Assembly: GCA_963713605.1 (NCBI GenBank)
Contig: CAVQMO010000001.1
Location: 192,001-256,000, forward strand
Direction of reading: 5' to 3'
Length of the DNA stretch: 64,000 nt
From: an uncultured Nitrososphaerales archaeon
Lineage (GTDB): Archaea > Thermoproteota > Nitrososphaeria > Nitrososphaerales > Nitrososphaeraceae
The notes under the pieces were generated by a model. It did no database searches. It had not been told where the DNA came from and was given only the letters and a program-made list of their open reading frames with translations. A program made the position numbers and the translations under genes. Positions 10,909 through 21,363 of the stretch are shown here, in pieces; position 1 is the first letter of the stretch; each line of letters begins with the position of its first letter.

Positions 10909-11248
10909 TCACTTTTCTTTCATAATATTATGAAATGGCTTGTAGCCAAGAAAGAATGACAGCCATATCGGCACTTTTATCTTGTCTTCTTTAGTCGAAT
11001 CCTTGAGATCAATCTCGGTTTGTTCGGCCAGAAATGTACTCACAGATAATGTCACAATTCTCTGGATTCGTTTCAATTAACCTCTTTAGTGCCTTATCAT
11101 AGTAGGGTTTGGAGTAGCCGTCTGTGGTGATGTCTATCTTTCTTATGAGTTCATGCAAGGCAGTTTCTTCGTGAGATGCTCTTGTTAGTATAGATGCCAA
11201 ATTACAATCACATTGCAGAGCTAAAAAGCATATTGTTAGAATCTCCAA
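10909..11248 (-). pseudogene. integrase (tyrosine recombinase) N-terminal remnant, copy 2
   Basis: SKPYYDKALKRL..NPENCDIICEYI, then after a frameshift LAEQTEIDLKDSTKEDKIKVPIWLSFFLG; clearly paralogous to 15743-16030. The integrase identity is recalled from Nitrososphaeraceae integrase N-termini; no catalytic domain is present. Confidence 0.6.
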
Positions 11249-11260
11249 GCAAAGGATTCG
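11219..11260 (-). repeat. eroded third copy of the tRNA-flank/att region
   Basis: agctaaaaagcatattgttagaatctccaagcaaaggattcg aligns with 16062-16116 agctgaaaaagcattctgttggaatacccaagtaagg[cgcggggagtgg]gattcg, with an internal deletion. Confidence 0.6.
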
Positions 11261-12470
11261 CAGCAGCCATAATAGTTTTAATCGGCGGGTGGCTTGTTAT
11301 TGTTAATTTGGATGATAACTTGCCTATTTCCATGAGTGCGGACTAATCAGCTGACCGACCTACGTTCTGATTCTCCTGGGAGAGGCTGTCCTCTACTACC
11401 ATCACTTTTGTCCAGGATCCAAATCAACCCATCTCGAGTCTATATAAAAATCTAAGAGCTCTGAAAAGAGTTTCCCATCGTATCTCAACAGTTTACATTT
11501 TTCCAAACCTAAATGTGACCTAACTGCACTATTTCGACATCAATCCCATCATCCAAATCTTTCAATGCCTTCATTACATGGTGTTCGGCGTCCTCTGTTA
11601 CGACTTCTGACTTTGATGAAAACTTTGCGATGATGAAATATGTATGACGTTTCTGACCGTGTCCGTTCATCTACTAGCTTTACCACACGCTATCCAAATA
11701 ATTTGCGCACAGAGGTGTCCTTATCTCCAGAGGAATGGTAAGGCGTGTCCTTTTCTATCGCTGACTGACCTTACTCTTGACATAGTCTATGCTTTTTGTA
11801 AGTTGTCTTTCAACTAAAAAATTTCTGGAAATTTTTCGTAGAATTGTATTCATGTTCCGATACAGTGCTCAAACTAGCAATTATATCTTCAGGAAAAATT
11901 GCAGAATTTCTAGAATGAACTTTGGATATTCCTCCCACATACATTTCATGGATTTTCACCATTCGAATTACATACAGCAATGATCGGATAATGCTATGTG
12001 TATCTACCAACAGATAATTGCACATTCAATGTGCTATTTTATTTAGTTTGAAAATTAAAAATATTCATAAGATAATATGGAGATCGTCCCAGTCAGCTTC
12101 CGTCTAGAATAGACATAGGGAAACGGAAATCTCCAGCGAACCCACGCTTTAATGTCCTCCACCTGGCTTATCAGGGTCCACTCACTATCATCATCATCAT
12201 CATCATCGCTTCAAAGGCTCACAGCATCTTTGCGGAATGCAGTGGTAATAGACTAGCAACAAACATAGCATGATGATATTCTAGACTAGTTTAGACTGGC
12301 TCTTTACAAGTTCAAGCCTCCAAAGAATCTCTGACTAAAATATGAAACTTGAACTCGCCTTATTACTTTGTACAATCAATACAACCACCAGGAGTTACAA
12401 ATTCCAGATATTTTATATTCTTCTTCAATCAAATCTTATGGATGCAATATTGTTGTTTCATCTATTTAGG

Positions 12471-13994
12471 ATGCAGAAGTTAAGGAGAACACACTCTAAT
12501 CACTCTGGCATTATTCTTATGCTTGTTGCTGCGTTCTTGATTGTATCGTCTAGCACGTATCCAACCATTATGTCTGGAAATCAGAATAGAGAAATGAGTA
12601 TCATGGCAGTAGCACTTGCGCAAGTACTAGATCAAAAAGATAGAGTAGCAAATACTAGAAATGATCATTCTAATATTCTTTCTTCACAATCACCTACACC
12701 AACAACTACTGCAAGATTGAGCGACAGATTTGGTTCGCTTGATCCAGCAATAACAGCATGGGGTAATAATGTATATGCGGCATGGCAGCAGAGCACTGAC
12801 ATAGTATATCAAAGAAGTACAAATGGAGGCTCTGAATTTGGCGGAGAAATTAATCTAAGTAATAATGCTGGTTTTTCACAGAATCCATCTATAGCTGCGT
12901 CAGGAAATAATGTCTACGTAGTGTGGGCTGACAGTACACCTGGAAACAATGAGATCCTGTACAGAAGATCTACAAGCGGTGGAGCTATGTTCAGTAGTAC
13001 AGTTAATTTGAGCAATAATTTAGGAAATTCAGTTACCCCATCTATAGCTGCGTCAGGAAATAATGTCTACGTAGTGTGGGCTGACAGTACACCTGGAAAC
13101 AATGAGATCCTGTACAGAAGATCTACAAGCGGTGGAGCTATGTTCAGTGGTACAGTTAATTTGAGCAATAATTTAGGAAATTCAGTTACCCCATCTATAG
13201 CTGCGTCAGGAAATAATGTCTACGTAGTGTGGGCTGACAGTACACCTGGAAACAATGAGATCCTGTACAGAAGATCTACAAGCGGTGGAGCTATGTTCAT
13301 TAATACAGTTAATTTGAGCAATAATTCAGGAAGTTCATTTAGGCCATCTATAGCCGCATCCGGAAATAATAACGTACATGTTGTTTGGTTCGATAGAACA
13401 ACAGGAAACTATGATATCTTATACAGAAGATCTACAAGCGGTGGAGCTATGTTCATTAATACAGTTAATTTGAGCAATAATTCAGGAAGTTCATTTAGAC
13501 CCTCTATAGCTGCATCAGGAAATAATGTATATGTTGTATGGCAGGATTTGACACCTGCAAATAATGAAATATTCTATAGAAGAAGTGTAAATGGTGGAGC
13601 TAATTTCGGTGGTACAACTAACCTAAGCAGCAATGCGGGAAATTCAATTAATCCATATATTTCTGCATCAGGAAACAATGTATATATAACATGGACTGAT
13701 TCAACACCTGGAAATAATGAGATCCTGTACAGAAGATCACTGAATGTTGGAGCTAGCTTTAGCAGTACAATTAGTCTTAGCAATAGCGGGGGAATTTCAC
13801 AATTTCCAGCCATATCTACATCGAGCAATGAAAATGTAATGTGGGATGCTGGTAGTGACATATCTGGATTCAGTGGAATTTTTTCTAGTTTTACTGACGA
13901 GGACGGGGCTAACTTTAGCGGTCCCATCTACCTAGGCGTCAATACATTGGGTAGAGCTGGAGGTGTAATTGCAGGGATAACATCATCATACTAG
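12471..13994 (+). CDS. exported BNR/Asp-box-like (sialidase-family) repeat beta-propeller protein
   Basis: N-terminal hydrophobic helix; about 7 repeats of PSIAASGNNVYVVW.D...GNNEILYRRST.GGA.F...VNLSNN; likely start ATG 12471 rather than 12342. Confidence 0.85.
   Translation: MQKLRRTHSNHSGIILMLVAAFLIVSSSTYPTIMSGNQNREMSIMAVALAQVLDQKDRVANTRNDHSNILSSQSPTPTTTARLSDRFGSLDPAITAWGNNVYAAWQQSTDIVYQRSTNGGSEFGGEINLSNNAGFSQNPSIAASGNNVYVVWADSTPGNNEILYRRSTSGGAMFSSTVNLSNNLGNSVTPSIAASGNNVYVVWADSTPGNNEILYRRSTSGGAMFSGTVNLSNNLGNSVTPSIAASGNNVYVVWADSTPGNNEILYRRSTSGGAMFINTVNLSNNSGSSFRPSIAASGNNNVHVVWFDRTTGNYDILYRRSTSGGAMFINTVNLSNNSGSSFRPSIAASGNNVYVVWQDLTPANNEIFYRRSVNGGANFGGTTNLSSNAGNSINPYISASGNNVYITWTDSTPGNNEILYRRSLNVGASFSSTISLSNSGGISQFPAISTSSNENVMWDAGSDISGFSGIFSSFTDEDGANFSGPIYLGVNTLGRAGGVIAGITSSY
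12885..13805 (+). repeat. intragenic 153-bp tandem repeat (51 aa)
   Basis: Unit starts at 12885, 13038, 13191, 13344, 13500 (+3 nt) and 13653; the first three units are nearly identical in DNA. Confidence 0.95.
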
Positions 13995-14928
13995 TGTCTA
14001 ATGATTGAAATATTAGCGGGGGAATCGGAGAACACTTGCCTGTATAAATGACTGTTTTTATGCCGTTTTCTGACAACATCTACAAGAAGGTGAATACTCA
14101 CGAACTTTTGTTGGTTTTTTTTATCAATCTCCCATCTCTGGGTACTATAAGCCTTTGACCCTTTATTACATCGTCTTGATAATCCACATGTTGGATACTA
14201 CAAAACAGGGCAATAAACTTGGTAAAATTTGGTATAGTAGATTGAACTTATGCATAGAGCTTGCATTTTCTTCCATATAGTATTAGTATAAGCACTTCAT
14301 CTGAACGAATTAACCAAAGAAATGAGTTTCAGCGTGGTTAGTTGTGGGGAGAAAATGAAACTTGATTGATGAGAAAAAGGGCAGACTGAAAATAAGACTA
14401 CACTGGATAGAAAATTAAGGCATTGGCGCAAGCCGACTAAAGCTCTTGAGATAACCAGCGCAGATGCAAAGACAAGGATCGACAAGATGCTAACTGAAGG
14501 CGAACAAGTACTGAATTAATGCAGACCAGGGCAGAATGATGCCAGGCGGTAGCATAGCCACACCAAACTCTATCTATGTGACAAACAAACGTATTAGTAG
14601 CTAAGTAAAGATATGATTAATGTTAAACAATGACTCTATGCTTACTCCTGTTCTACGTGGCAATGTAATACTGATCCTGATAATACATCGCTTCCTTCAG
14701 GATAAGGGATTTCTGAGTTAGGTTGAGTGTCTTAAAATGTAAAGATTTGATGGCTTTGTATGCATTTTTCGGATAAATGACTTATCCGCTTCCAGAAGAA
14801 TAGGGTCATACGATAGTCTATGGAAAAAATCCATTGCCGATAGCTTAGCCTTTGTCTGTTCGGTCTTGGACTTGCACCTGCATTAAACACAATACATATG
14901 CAATAAGACTTAGCAGGTAGCTGGCTAA

Positions 14929-15226
14929 TTACAAATTTCCTAACCGCTTTCGTAAAACTGACCTGAAAATTTCATCTTTCATAACATCTAATGGTCTAGT
15001 CTTGGAAGTCTGTCGTCTGGGTCTGTTTAATCAAGTAGTTTGGAATTGGGTTAGGAAAATAGACTCCCTGGCGTCTACCAGCTATGTAATCAATGAACGA
15101 AACAATATTTCCTATGCCGTTATGCAAATTTTCGATATGGCGCTTCACACTGTACTTACGAGATGAGTACATTCCACACATGGTACAAGCCCACCTAGGT
15201 TTACCGCTCAATGTGTAAACACCCAT
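14929..15226 (-). CDS. small C2H2 zinc-finger protein (probable frameshift near 15000)
   Basis: WACTMCGMYSSRKYSVKRHIENLH = C-x2-C-x12-H-x4-H; likely ATG at 15226; the alternate frame continues RPLDVMKDEIFRSVLRKRLGNL*. Confidence 0.6.
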
Positions 15227-15742
15227 GTAAACAAATTGACGCAGTGCTTCACCGTGAAACTCATAGATTAATGTCAAAGACATATAGGACAATCTTCTAT
15301 AAAAGTGTGTATCTGTTAAAAAAGATTGCAATGTGATAGATTGCCATATCGAAGCTACGTGGGCCGATACCAAGTCCAGTATCCAATAGAATATTCGTCG
15401 GTACTGGTGGTGTCCATAATTCCTGAATAAAATAAAAACAGGAACTGAATTGAAATAATTAGCTCATCGAGATTACTTGATCGGTGTACGGAAATGATCT
15501 TCATTCTTAAGCCCTACCATCTCGAAGAGTCTCTAAATTATCGGCCTAGTGCCAGCCTATGACGAGAGCGATTTTGCGAGCTTTCAGTAACTGAATGCAT
15601 GTCTTGATGCTGAAGGAAGTCAGATTCCATTAATCTCTAACGTCCAGTTCCTCTTGCCAAGATCAATAGAGGGTCATACTGTTGCCCACATAGAAAATAG
15701 TAGATCCGTCAACACCCGTTATATGGTAATTAAAATTATCTT

Positions 15743-16030
15743 CTATGTTTTCATGCACGTCAATAATACTTTTGAAATATTACTTCCTAGAAAGGCTGAA
15801 AGCCATATTAGCACTTTTATCTTGCCCTCTTTAGTCGAATCCTTAAGATTTATTTCGCTTTGCTCGGCCAGGATGTAATCGCAGATATAGTTACAATTCT
15901 CTGGGTTTATTGCAAACATCCTCTCCAAGGCCTTGCGGAAGTAGGGTTTAGAGCAACTGTGTGTGATGGCATGTACTTTCATCTTGAGTTCATATAAGTC
16001 AGTTCCTTTGTTATCAGCTATGGTTTGCAT
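15743..16030 (-). pseudogene. integrase (tyrosine recombinase) N-terminal remnant, copy 1
   Basis: SKPYFRKALERM..NPENCNYICDYILAEQSEINLKDSTKEGKIKVLIWLS; starts ~70 bp beyond the tRNA-Ser 3' end in the same orientation; truncated. Confidence 0.65.
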
Positions 16031-16098
16031 AAATCCCGATCAAAGCTACCGTTGCGCTGATAGCTGAAAAAGCATTCTGTTGGAATACCCAAGTAAGG

Positions 16099-16182
16099 CG
16101 CGGGGAGTGGGATTCGAACCCACGAGTTCTTGCGAACATGGGATTAGCAATCCCACGCCCTACCAGGCTAGGCGACCCCCGC
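16099..16182 (-). tRNA. tRNA-Ser(GCT)
   Basis: Reverse complement GCGGGGGTCGCCTAGCCTGGTAGGGCG-TGGGA TTGCTAA TCCCA-long variable arm-GTGGGTTCGAATCCCAC-TCCCCGC G. Confidence 0.97.
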
Positions 16183-16407
16183 CTGACCTGGAGATTTATG
16201 GGAAGGCAATATATTGATATTGATTATGCTCTGCTTCAGGGACATAAAAATAGCTCGGGCGATTGGAAGTCGTGTACTTACTACCACCGTATTAAAAAGG
16301 TTATTAAACGGAGATCCTTGGTTATACTAGCTTTGAATATTAAGGAGTCAAATGAAATCTTTAGACTTGCAATAATAAGGAATTATTTTGAACCAGAATT
16401 GATAAAA

Positions 16408-16773
16408 ATGGATTATCGAAGGTCACTTATAAAACATCCTTTGAGCAAAGAGGGCGGCTTAAATGTTGAAGATGTATTGCACTTGTATTTCGATATATTT
16501 ACAGGTAATGATTATCCTGATGGTGATGAATGGTTTACCATCGAATACATTATACCACAGAGTATCAAGCTTCCAGACCATCTAAAAGGTCCAGATTATT
16601 TTACGACTCTTTCAGTTCCTGAAGGTCAGCATCTTTGGCGGCACCGGGAGCTTGTCAGATTCAAATATGGAAAATCAAAAAAATTATCAGAATCGCTTAA
16701 CTTTATTGATCGAAAGTATCGCGATCTCCTCAAATCCTTACATGAATCATCGGTAATTGGCCAAATAGGTTAA
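16408..16773 (+). CDS. hypothetical protein
   Basis: Likely start ATG 16408 (MDYRRSLIK...); the upstream extension of the listed ORF overlaps the tRNA. Confidence 0.7.
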   Translation: MDYRRSLIKHPLSKEGGLNVEDVLHLYFDIFTGNDYPDGDEWFTIEYIIPQSIKLPDHLKGPDYFTTLSVPEGQHLWRHRELVRFKYGKSKKLSESLNFIDRKYRDLLKSLHESSVIGQIG

Positions 16774-16815
16774 CAAATTATAATAATAAAAATATTCGTT
16801 AAAATATTAGAAGAA

Positions 16816-17364
16816 TTAGGCAATAAGTTTCCAATTGTCGTTTAAGTATTTGTAAATATTCTTGTCTGTTTTCACAAAATCGGGAATCCACCTCGAGCGT
16901 GTAGATTCGAAACGATACGTCATTTCAATTGCCTCTGCAGGCATCTTTGATATTTGAGATTCGATTATTTCAACTAATACTTCAACCCTATCGATGGCTC
17001 TTTCAACGTTTTTGTACTCTGTTTCTAAAGTTTGCAAGATGAGCCTAGTGGTAGTACTGCGCACTCCAGAGACTCCGGGGAAGCTAAATACAATTTGCAT
17101 TTGACTCTTGCCTCTTCTTTTTTTTATGTCTGCAATAACATTCCTTAACTTGTGCCATCTGTCAGTACCAAATAGAGTAAAAAAATCGTCACCGTAGACA
17201 ACAGGGAAGTGAATTTCTATTATCGTTTGGATTTTTTGGTTGTCATTTGTAGCTATTCTTTCTTCTTCGACCGATCCAAATATGCTTGAAATGGTATGAT
17301 ATATGATTTCGGTCTCGGGTATGGAGGTCCCAGAAAATCTAAAATAAGTTGTTGCCGCTGTCAT
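16816..17364 (-). CDS. hypothetical protein
   Basis: 182-aa ORF; no motif recognised. Confidence 0.65.
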   Translation of the reverse strand: MTAATTYFRFSGTSIPETEIIYHTISSIFGSVEEERIATNDNQKIQTIIEIHFPVVYGDDFFTLFGTDRWHKLRNVIADIKKRRGKSQMQIVFSFPGVSGVRSTTTRLILQTLETEYKNVERAIDRVEVLVEIIESQISKMPAEAIEMTYRFESTRSRWIPDFVKTDKNIYKYLNDNWKLIA

Positions 17365-17484
17365 GACATTCAGTAATACTCATCCTAAAAAAAGATCTTG
17401 ACGGAAGCGGTTCCCGTTTATATCCTAGATCTAGGCGTGAATCGGCACTAATTAAATGGTATAAGGGACGACGTATTCGAAATC

Positions 17485-17754
17485 CTAATTGGTGTCCCCA
17501 ATTACTCTCTTAATCTCCTTTGATGGACCATTCAGAGGTTTGGCCGACTCTTCTTTATAAGGACGTTTCATTCGGGATCCCTTTGTATATTTGTAGGATC
17601 TAATCTCGTATAACTTTCCATTCCTATTGCTTACTCTTAATTTTATACAGTCTGATTTACTTGCCAATTTATGGCACAACGAACAATATACTAGTCTATG
17701 TGTTTTATTTTTCGATTCAATTATGTGACCATAAGGATCTCTAAACCAAGTCAT
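17485..17754 (-). CDS. small basic hypothetical protein
   Basis: 89-aa ORF with CSLC. Confidence 0.45.
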   Translation of the reverse strand: MTWFRDPYGHIIESKNKTHRLVYCSLCHKLASKSDCIKLRVSNRNGKLYEIRSYKYTKGSRMKRPYKEESAKPLNGPSKEIKRVIGDTN

Positions 17755-17914
17755 CTGTCCTTCTATCCCCTCACTAAAATGAGACTCCTGATTTAAAAAT
17801 CATCCTGATAGGAGTTCAAGATCAATTCGTGAGATTCATGGTCACTCTCGGAGAATTATGCCAGATTGAGGAGCATTTAATAATGCAGGCACATCTGTAA
17901 ATTGTGACGACCTG

Positions 17915-18907
17915 ATGCAGCTGCAAACTATCGATTCACTGGATAAACAACTGCTGAATGAAATCCAGTGGCAGTTTCCTTTAGTGGATAGACCTTTTTT
18001 AGAAATCTCTAAGCGGTACAATGTGTCTGAGGATGAGGTCCTAGAGAGGATTAGAATACTAAAAAGCATTGGCCTGATAAGGCAGATTAATGCAATCTTT
18101 GATACCAGACGATTAGGTTATAAGAGCACCCTAGTCGCTTTTTCTGTTTTACAAGACAAGCTTGAACAAGTTGCTAATGAGGTAAACAGCCATCCCGGAG
18201 TCAGCCATAATTACGAAAGGAACCATGAATACAACATGTGGTTCACTTTAGCAGTTCCTCCATTCGGTGATATGAAGCGAGATTTAGAACACATGGCTTC
18301 GCTAGACGGTGTCATGAAGTACAGAGTATTACCTACACTCAAACTCTACAAGATTGGTGTAAAGTTGGATGTGCTGAACCAGGATCCTTCTAATCCAAAA
18401 CCTACTGAAGAATTGAAAACCGTAAGTCAAGCAAAATTTACAGCCACTGAATTGGACAAAAAATTTATTCGTGTGTTACAAGAAGACATCGAAACCACTT
18501 CGGAGCCATTCAAGAAGTCTGCCAGAGTTCTTGGAATAACAACAGGTGAGCTCTTTGCAAAAGCAAAGGAATACGAGGAAATAGGTGTTATGCGAAGATT
18601 TGCTGCCATTCTGCGTCATAGAGATGCAGGTTTTTCTGCAAATGGTATGGTAGTATGGAGAGTACCTGACGACAAAATCGATGAAGTGGGACATAAGTTA
18701 GCAGCGTTTCCCCAAGTTAGCCATTGTTATCGTAGACCAGTATTTTCTGACTGGCCGTTTAACCTCTTTAGTATGGTACATGCTAGAACGCTTAAGGCTG
18801 CTGAAAAGATAGCCGAAACCATGTCTTCAGTAGTGAAAATTCAAGACTATTCTATTCTTTTCAGCACCCGTGAATTCAAGAAGCAGAGGGTAAAGTATTT
18901 TGAGTGA
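17915..18907 (+). CDS. ahbAB: siroheme decarboxylase AhbA/AhbB (NirDL-like) fusion, Lrp/AsnC fold
   Basis: Two tandem HTH+AsnC halves; PGVSHNYER.HEYNMWFT and VSHCYRRP...WPFNLFSMVH motifs. Confidence 0.88.
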   Translation: MQLQTIDSLDKQLLNEIQWQFPLVDRPFLEISKRYNVSEDEVLERIRILKSIGLIRQINAIFDTRRLGYKSTLVAFSVLQDKLEQVANEVNSHPGVSHNYERNHEYNMWFTLAVPPFGDMKRDLEHMASLDGVMKYRVLPTLKLYKIGVKLDVLNQDPSNPKPTEELKTVSQAKFTATELDKKFIRVLQEDIETTSEPFKKSARVLGITTGELFAKAKEYEEIGVMRRFAAILRHRDAGFSANGMVVWRVPDDKIDEVGHKLAAFPQVSHCYRRPVFSDWPFNLFSMVHARTLKAAEKIAETMSSVVKIQDYSILFSTREFKKQRVKYFE

Positions 18908-19051
18908 GTGCATTGCGATTTTTTCTTATAAATGTTGGATTTCATTTATGCACTAACAAGTAGTTGGCTTAAAGGCGGAGGCACAAACACGACTGCTAAT
19001 CTGGTTATCATTAGGACAAGATAGAATTATGACCACAAAATGCTCATTTGC

Positions 19052-20044
19052 TTATTTTCTAATTGTTGTTGTGTAAAAATCTTTGTCATACAATTGTGAG
19101 AGTGCTTCCAAGTCATTCTGCCTCAAGTACTTCCCATCAGACATGTTTGTAAATAATTCGATCTCTTCTGAATTGACTACTGTTGGCAGGACCGATGAGA
19201 TCTTGTTTTGAGACAGGATGAATTTTATAGCGAGCTCAGTAATTGTCCAACCATACGAATCAGCTACTGGCTTCATGTACTCTATTTTCTTAAGCGCTTG
19301 AACGATCCATTCTTTCTTGCGCGTACTTCGGTGATCATTCTTATCAAATACCGTATCCATGTTTACTTTTCCTGTTAGCACACCGGACGCATCAGGAACT
19401 CGAACCATAAGGCCCACGTCATTAGCTTCAGCAATCTGAAAGAAATCTTTTACAGGGTCTTGTTCCAAAAGATTGTAGACGCTTTGAAGACAAGTTACAT
19501 CCCTTTTTTCCATTGACAAAATACCTTCCTCTTTCCATCCTATGGCCGGTCCCAAGGCGACTCCATAACTTTTAATCTTACCTTCTTTGCGTGTTCTATT
19601 AAGTGTCTCAAATAGAGAATCATTCTGGATCGCATTCATCTTAGGGTTGTGTAGACTATACACATCTACGAAATCCGTTTGCAGTCTCTTGATACTTTCT
19701 TGTAACGCATAATTCAAGAAAGATGGGTCATGTTTCTGCGGGAGTTCGTTATGGCCAACTTGTTCAGCACCGTAAATATCGTAACCCCATTTGGTCGAAT
19801 AGATTACCTCATCACGATTCACTCCCCTAAAGGCTTCACCTATGAGCCTTTCACTTCTCCCTTTTCCATACACGTCAGACGTTTCAAAAAAATTGATGCC
19901 TAGATCAAATGCTCGCTTTAACATTCTAATGGCCTCTTCATCGTCAATCTTTTTTCCGCCCCACCAGTCTAGCGCTATTGTCCATGCACCGAACCCTATC
20001 TCACTTACCATAATTCCACTTTTCCCCAATCGACGATATTTCAT
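19052..20044 (-). CDS. aldo/keto reductase
   Basis: MKYRRLGKSG..VSEIGFG, GINFFETSDVYG.GRSE, TKWG, RLQTDFVDVYSLHNP. Confidence 0.92.
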   Translation of the reverse strand: MKYRRLGKSGIMVSEIGFGAWTIALDWWGGKKIDDEEAIRMLKRAFDLGINFFETSDVYGKGRSERLIGEAFRGVNRDEVIYSTKWGYDIYGAEQVGHNELPQKHDPSFLNYALQESIKRLQTDFVDVYSLHNPKMNAIQNDSLFETLNRTRKEGKIKSYGVALGPAIGWKEEGILSMEKRDVTCLQSVYNLLEQDPVKDFFQIAEANDVGLMVRVPDASGVLTGKVNMDTVFDKNDHRSTRKKEWIVQALKKIEYMKPVADSYGWTITELAIKFILSQNKISSVLPTVVNSEEIELFTNMSDGKYLRQNDLEALSQLYDKDFYTTTIRK

Positions 20045-20638
20045 CTAGATTTTAAGTACCTCCATCAATTGCGATTGCCGTTCTTGAAAGATATCGTTAC
20101 TTAGAACCGGTTTTCCTATGTTATCATGATAATTTTCTGTACTTGATGATTCAAAGTCGATCCATGATCTACAGCCTGCTTGTTGTGGACTGAGAGCGAC
20201 ATTTAAGGCCTTGTTCAATCTGTATATGCGAAGAAGTATAATACTGAGAGGTTTTTCGGGGTTGTAATCCATCCTTGCGTTTATGTAATTCTCGTTCCAT
20301 ATATGAAAGTCGCGTAAGTCATGAAGTATTTTCCTGCTGAATGTCTCAGTGATGAAGATAACTTTTGCGTAAAGGTAAATCGTATTCAGATCATCTAGAG
20401 GCTTATGCTGTAATATTGACTCAAATTTATCCACGTATTCTTCCTGTAAAAGGTCCCTTGATTGATGTTCATATGTTGGAAACATGTAGAAATCATTATG
20501 TCTCAATTCAAAACCGTGCTTACGTTCCATTATCCCGCCTTTTCTTAGCAGAATTGTTTGCCTCCCTTCTTCTAATTCCTTACATACTATTGCCCATTCC
20601 TTTAGCGCAGATATTGGCATGATCGATGCTTCACCCAA
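20045..20638 (-). CDS. DUF1802 family protein
   Basis: ALKEWAIVC..L..GRQTILLRKGGI.E, FPTYEHQ, GCRSWI. Confidence 0.85.
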   Translation of the reverse strand: MGEASIMPISALKEWAIVCKELEEGRQTILLRKGGIMERKHGFELRHNDFYMFPTYEHQSRDLLQEEYVDKFESILQHKPLDDLNTIYLYAKVIFITETFSRKILHDLRDFHIWNENYINARMDYNPEKPLSIILLRIYRLNKALNVALSPQQAGCRSWIDFESSSTENYHDNIGKPVLSNDIFQERQSQLMEVLKI

Positions 20639-21332
20639 GCCCCATGATAATACTCTGTATATCCTTTTGTACGCATACTATCATTGGAGTATCCTTCACA
20701 ACATACAAGCTCACTCTTGTTTCACGTAATTGAAGAATCAGATCCTGAAACTTTGATAGATCATCCGTCTCAAATGCAAGAGTAAAGTCATTATCATCAA
20801 TTCCATATGAATAGGATGTATTAAGCTTAATCTCTGGAAATTTTCTGCCGATTGTAATATGTTCATCCATCATTTTTTTACGCTCTTCAAATGGCAAAAG
20901 ATACCAATCCCTAGACTTAACAAATGGATACACGACAAGATATTTCAGCGGCTTTGAATCTGTCATAAAAGACGGCGTCACCTTCTCGGAATAAACAGAT
21001 TTTCTGAAAGACGAAAGGTACAAGAAAGCAGGCTCAATGTATTTTCCTAGAATTGTACCATAGATTTTAGACGTAAGCGTCTGAAACATTTCAACCGAAT
21101 CAGATACCATCCAAAGCATGAAATCTGTTCCGCTGTGAAGTCCAAGAGTTGTATATGTATAAACTCGCAATTTGGTGTTTGCTACGCTAACTAGGGTGGC
21201 AAATTCTTTAGCTGCCTCTTCCTTTGCCACTTCATTCATCCAACGCCATTTGGCGTCAATTTTGAAAAATGAATAGTTGAGAAAGGTAGATTTAGAAGTC
21301 TTATTCTGATCCTTTTTACGTTGAACTTCCAT
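20631..21332 (-). CDS. chlorite dismutase/coproheme decarboxylase (ChdC/HemQ) family protein
   Basis: YPFVKSRDWYLLP.EER..MMDEHI (proximal His), SYGIDD.DF..AFE. Confidence 0.88.
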   Translation of the reverse strand: MEVQRKKDQNKTSKSTFLNYSFFKIDAKWRWMNEVAKEEAAKEFATLVSVANTKLRVYTYTTLGLHSGTDFMLWMVSDSVEMFQTLTSKIYGTILGKYIEPAFLYLSSFRKSVYSEKVTPSFMTDSKPLKYLVVYPFVKSRDWYLLPFEERKKMMDEHITIGRKFPEIKLNTSYSYGIDDNDFTLAFETDDLSKFQDLILQLRETRVSLYVVKDTPMIVCVQKDIQSIIMGLG

Positions 21333-21363
21333 TATATCCTACTCTAAATGGGTTTTGTAAGGT

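Larger units (their letters stand above)
2512..16118. mobile_element. degenerate genomic island / integrative element(s) at tRNA-Ser(GCT)
   Basis: Bounded by tRNA 3'-end direct repeats; two integrase N-terminal remnants; accessory cargo and long non-coding or eroded stretches, unlike the dense core genes beyond 16.4 kb. Confidence 0.75.

Noticed and set aside
12187..12207. (ATC)7 microsatellite
   Set aside because: It lies in an eroded non-coding stretch with no ORF or promoter link that I can support.
11300..12300. Possible decayed genes in the island interior
   Set aside because: Multiple stops in all frames and no motif I can identify; BLASTx is needed.
12885..13805. Regular repeats as a possible CRISPR array
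   Set aside because: The units are 153-bp in-frame coding repeats with no unique spacers; no CRISPR array was seen anywhere in the window.
16138..16407. N-terminal extension of the 211-aa ORF
   Set aside because: It overlaps tRNA-Ser antisense and its promoter region; ATG 16408 is the more plausible start.
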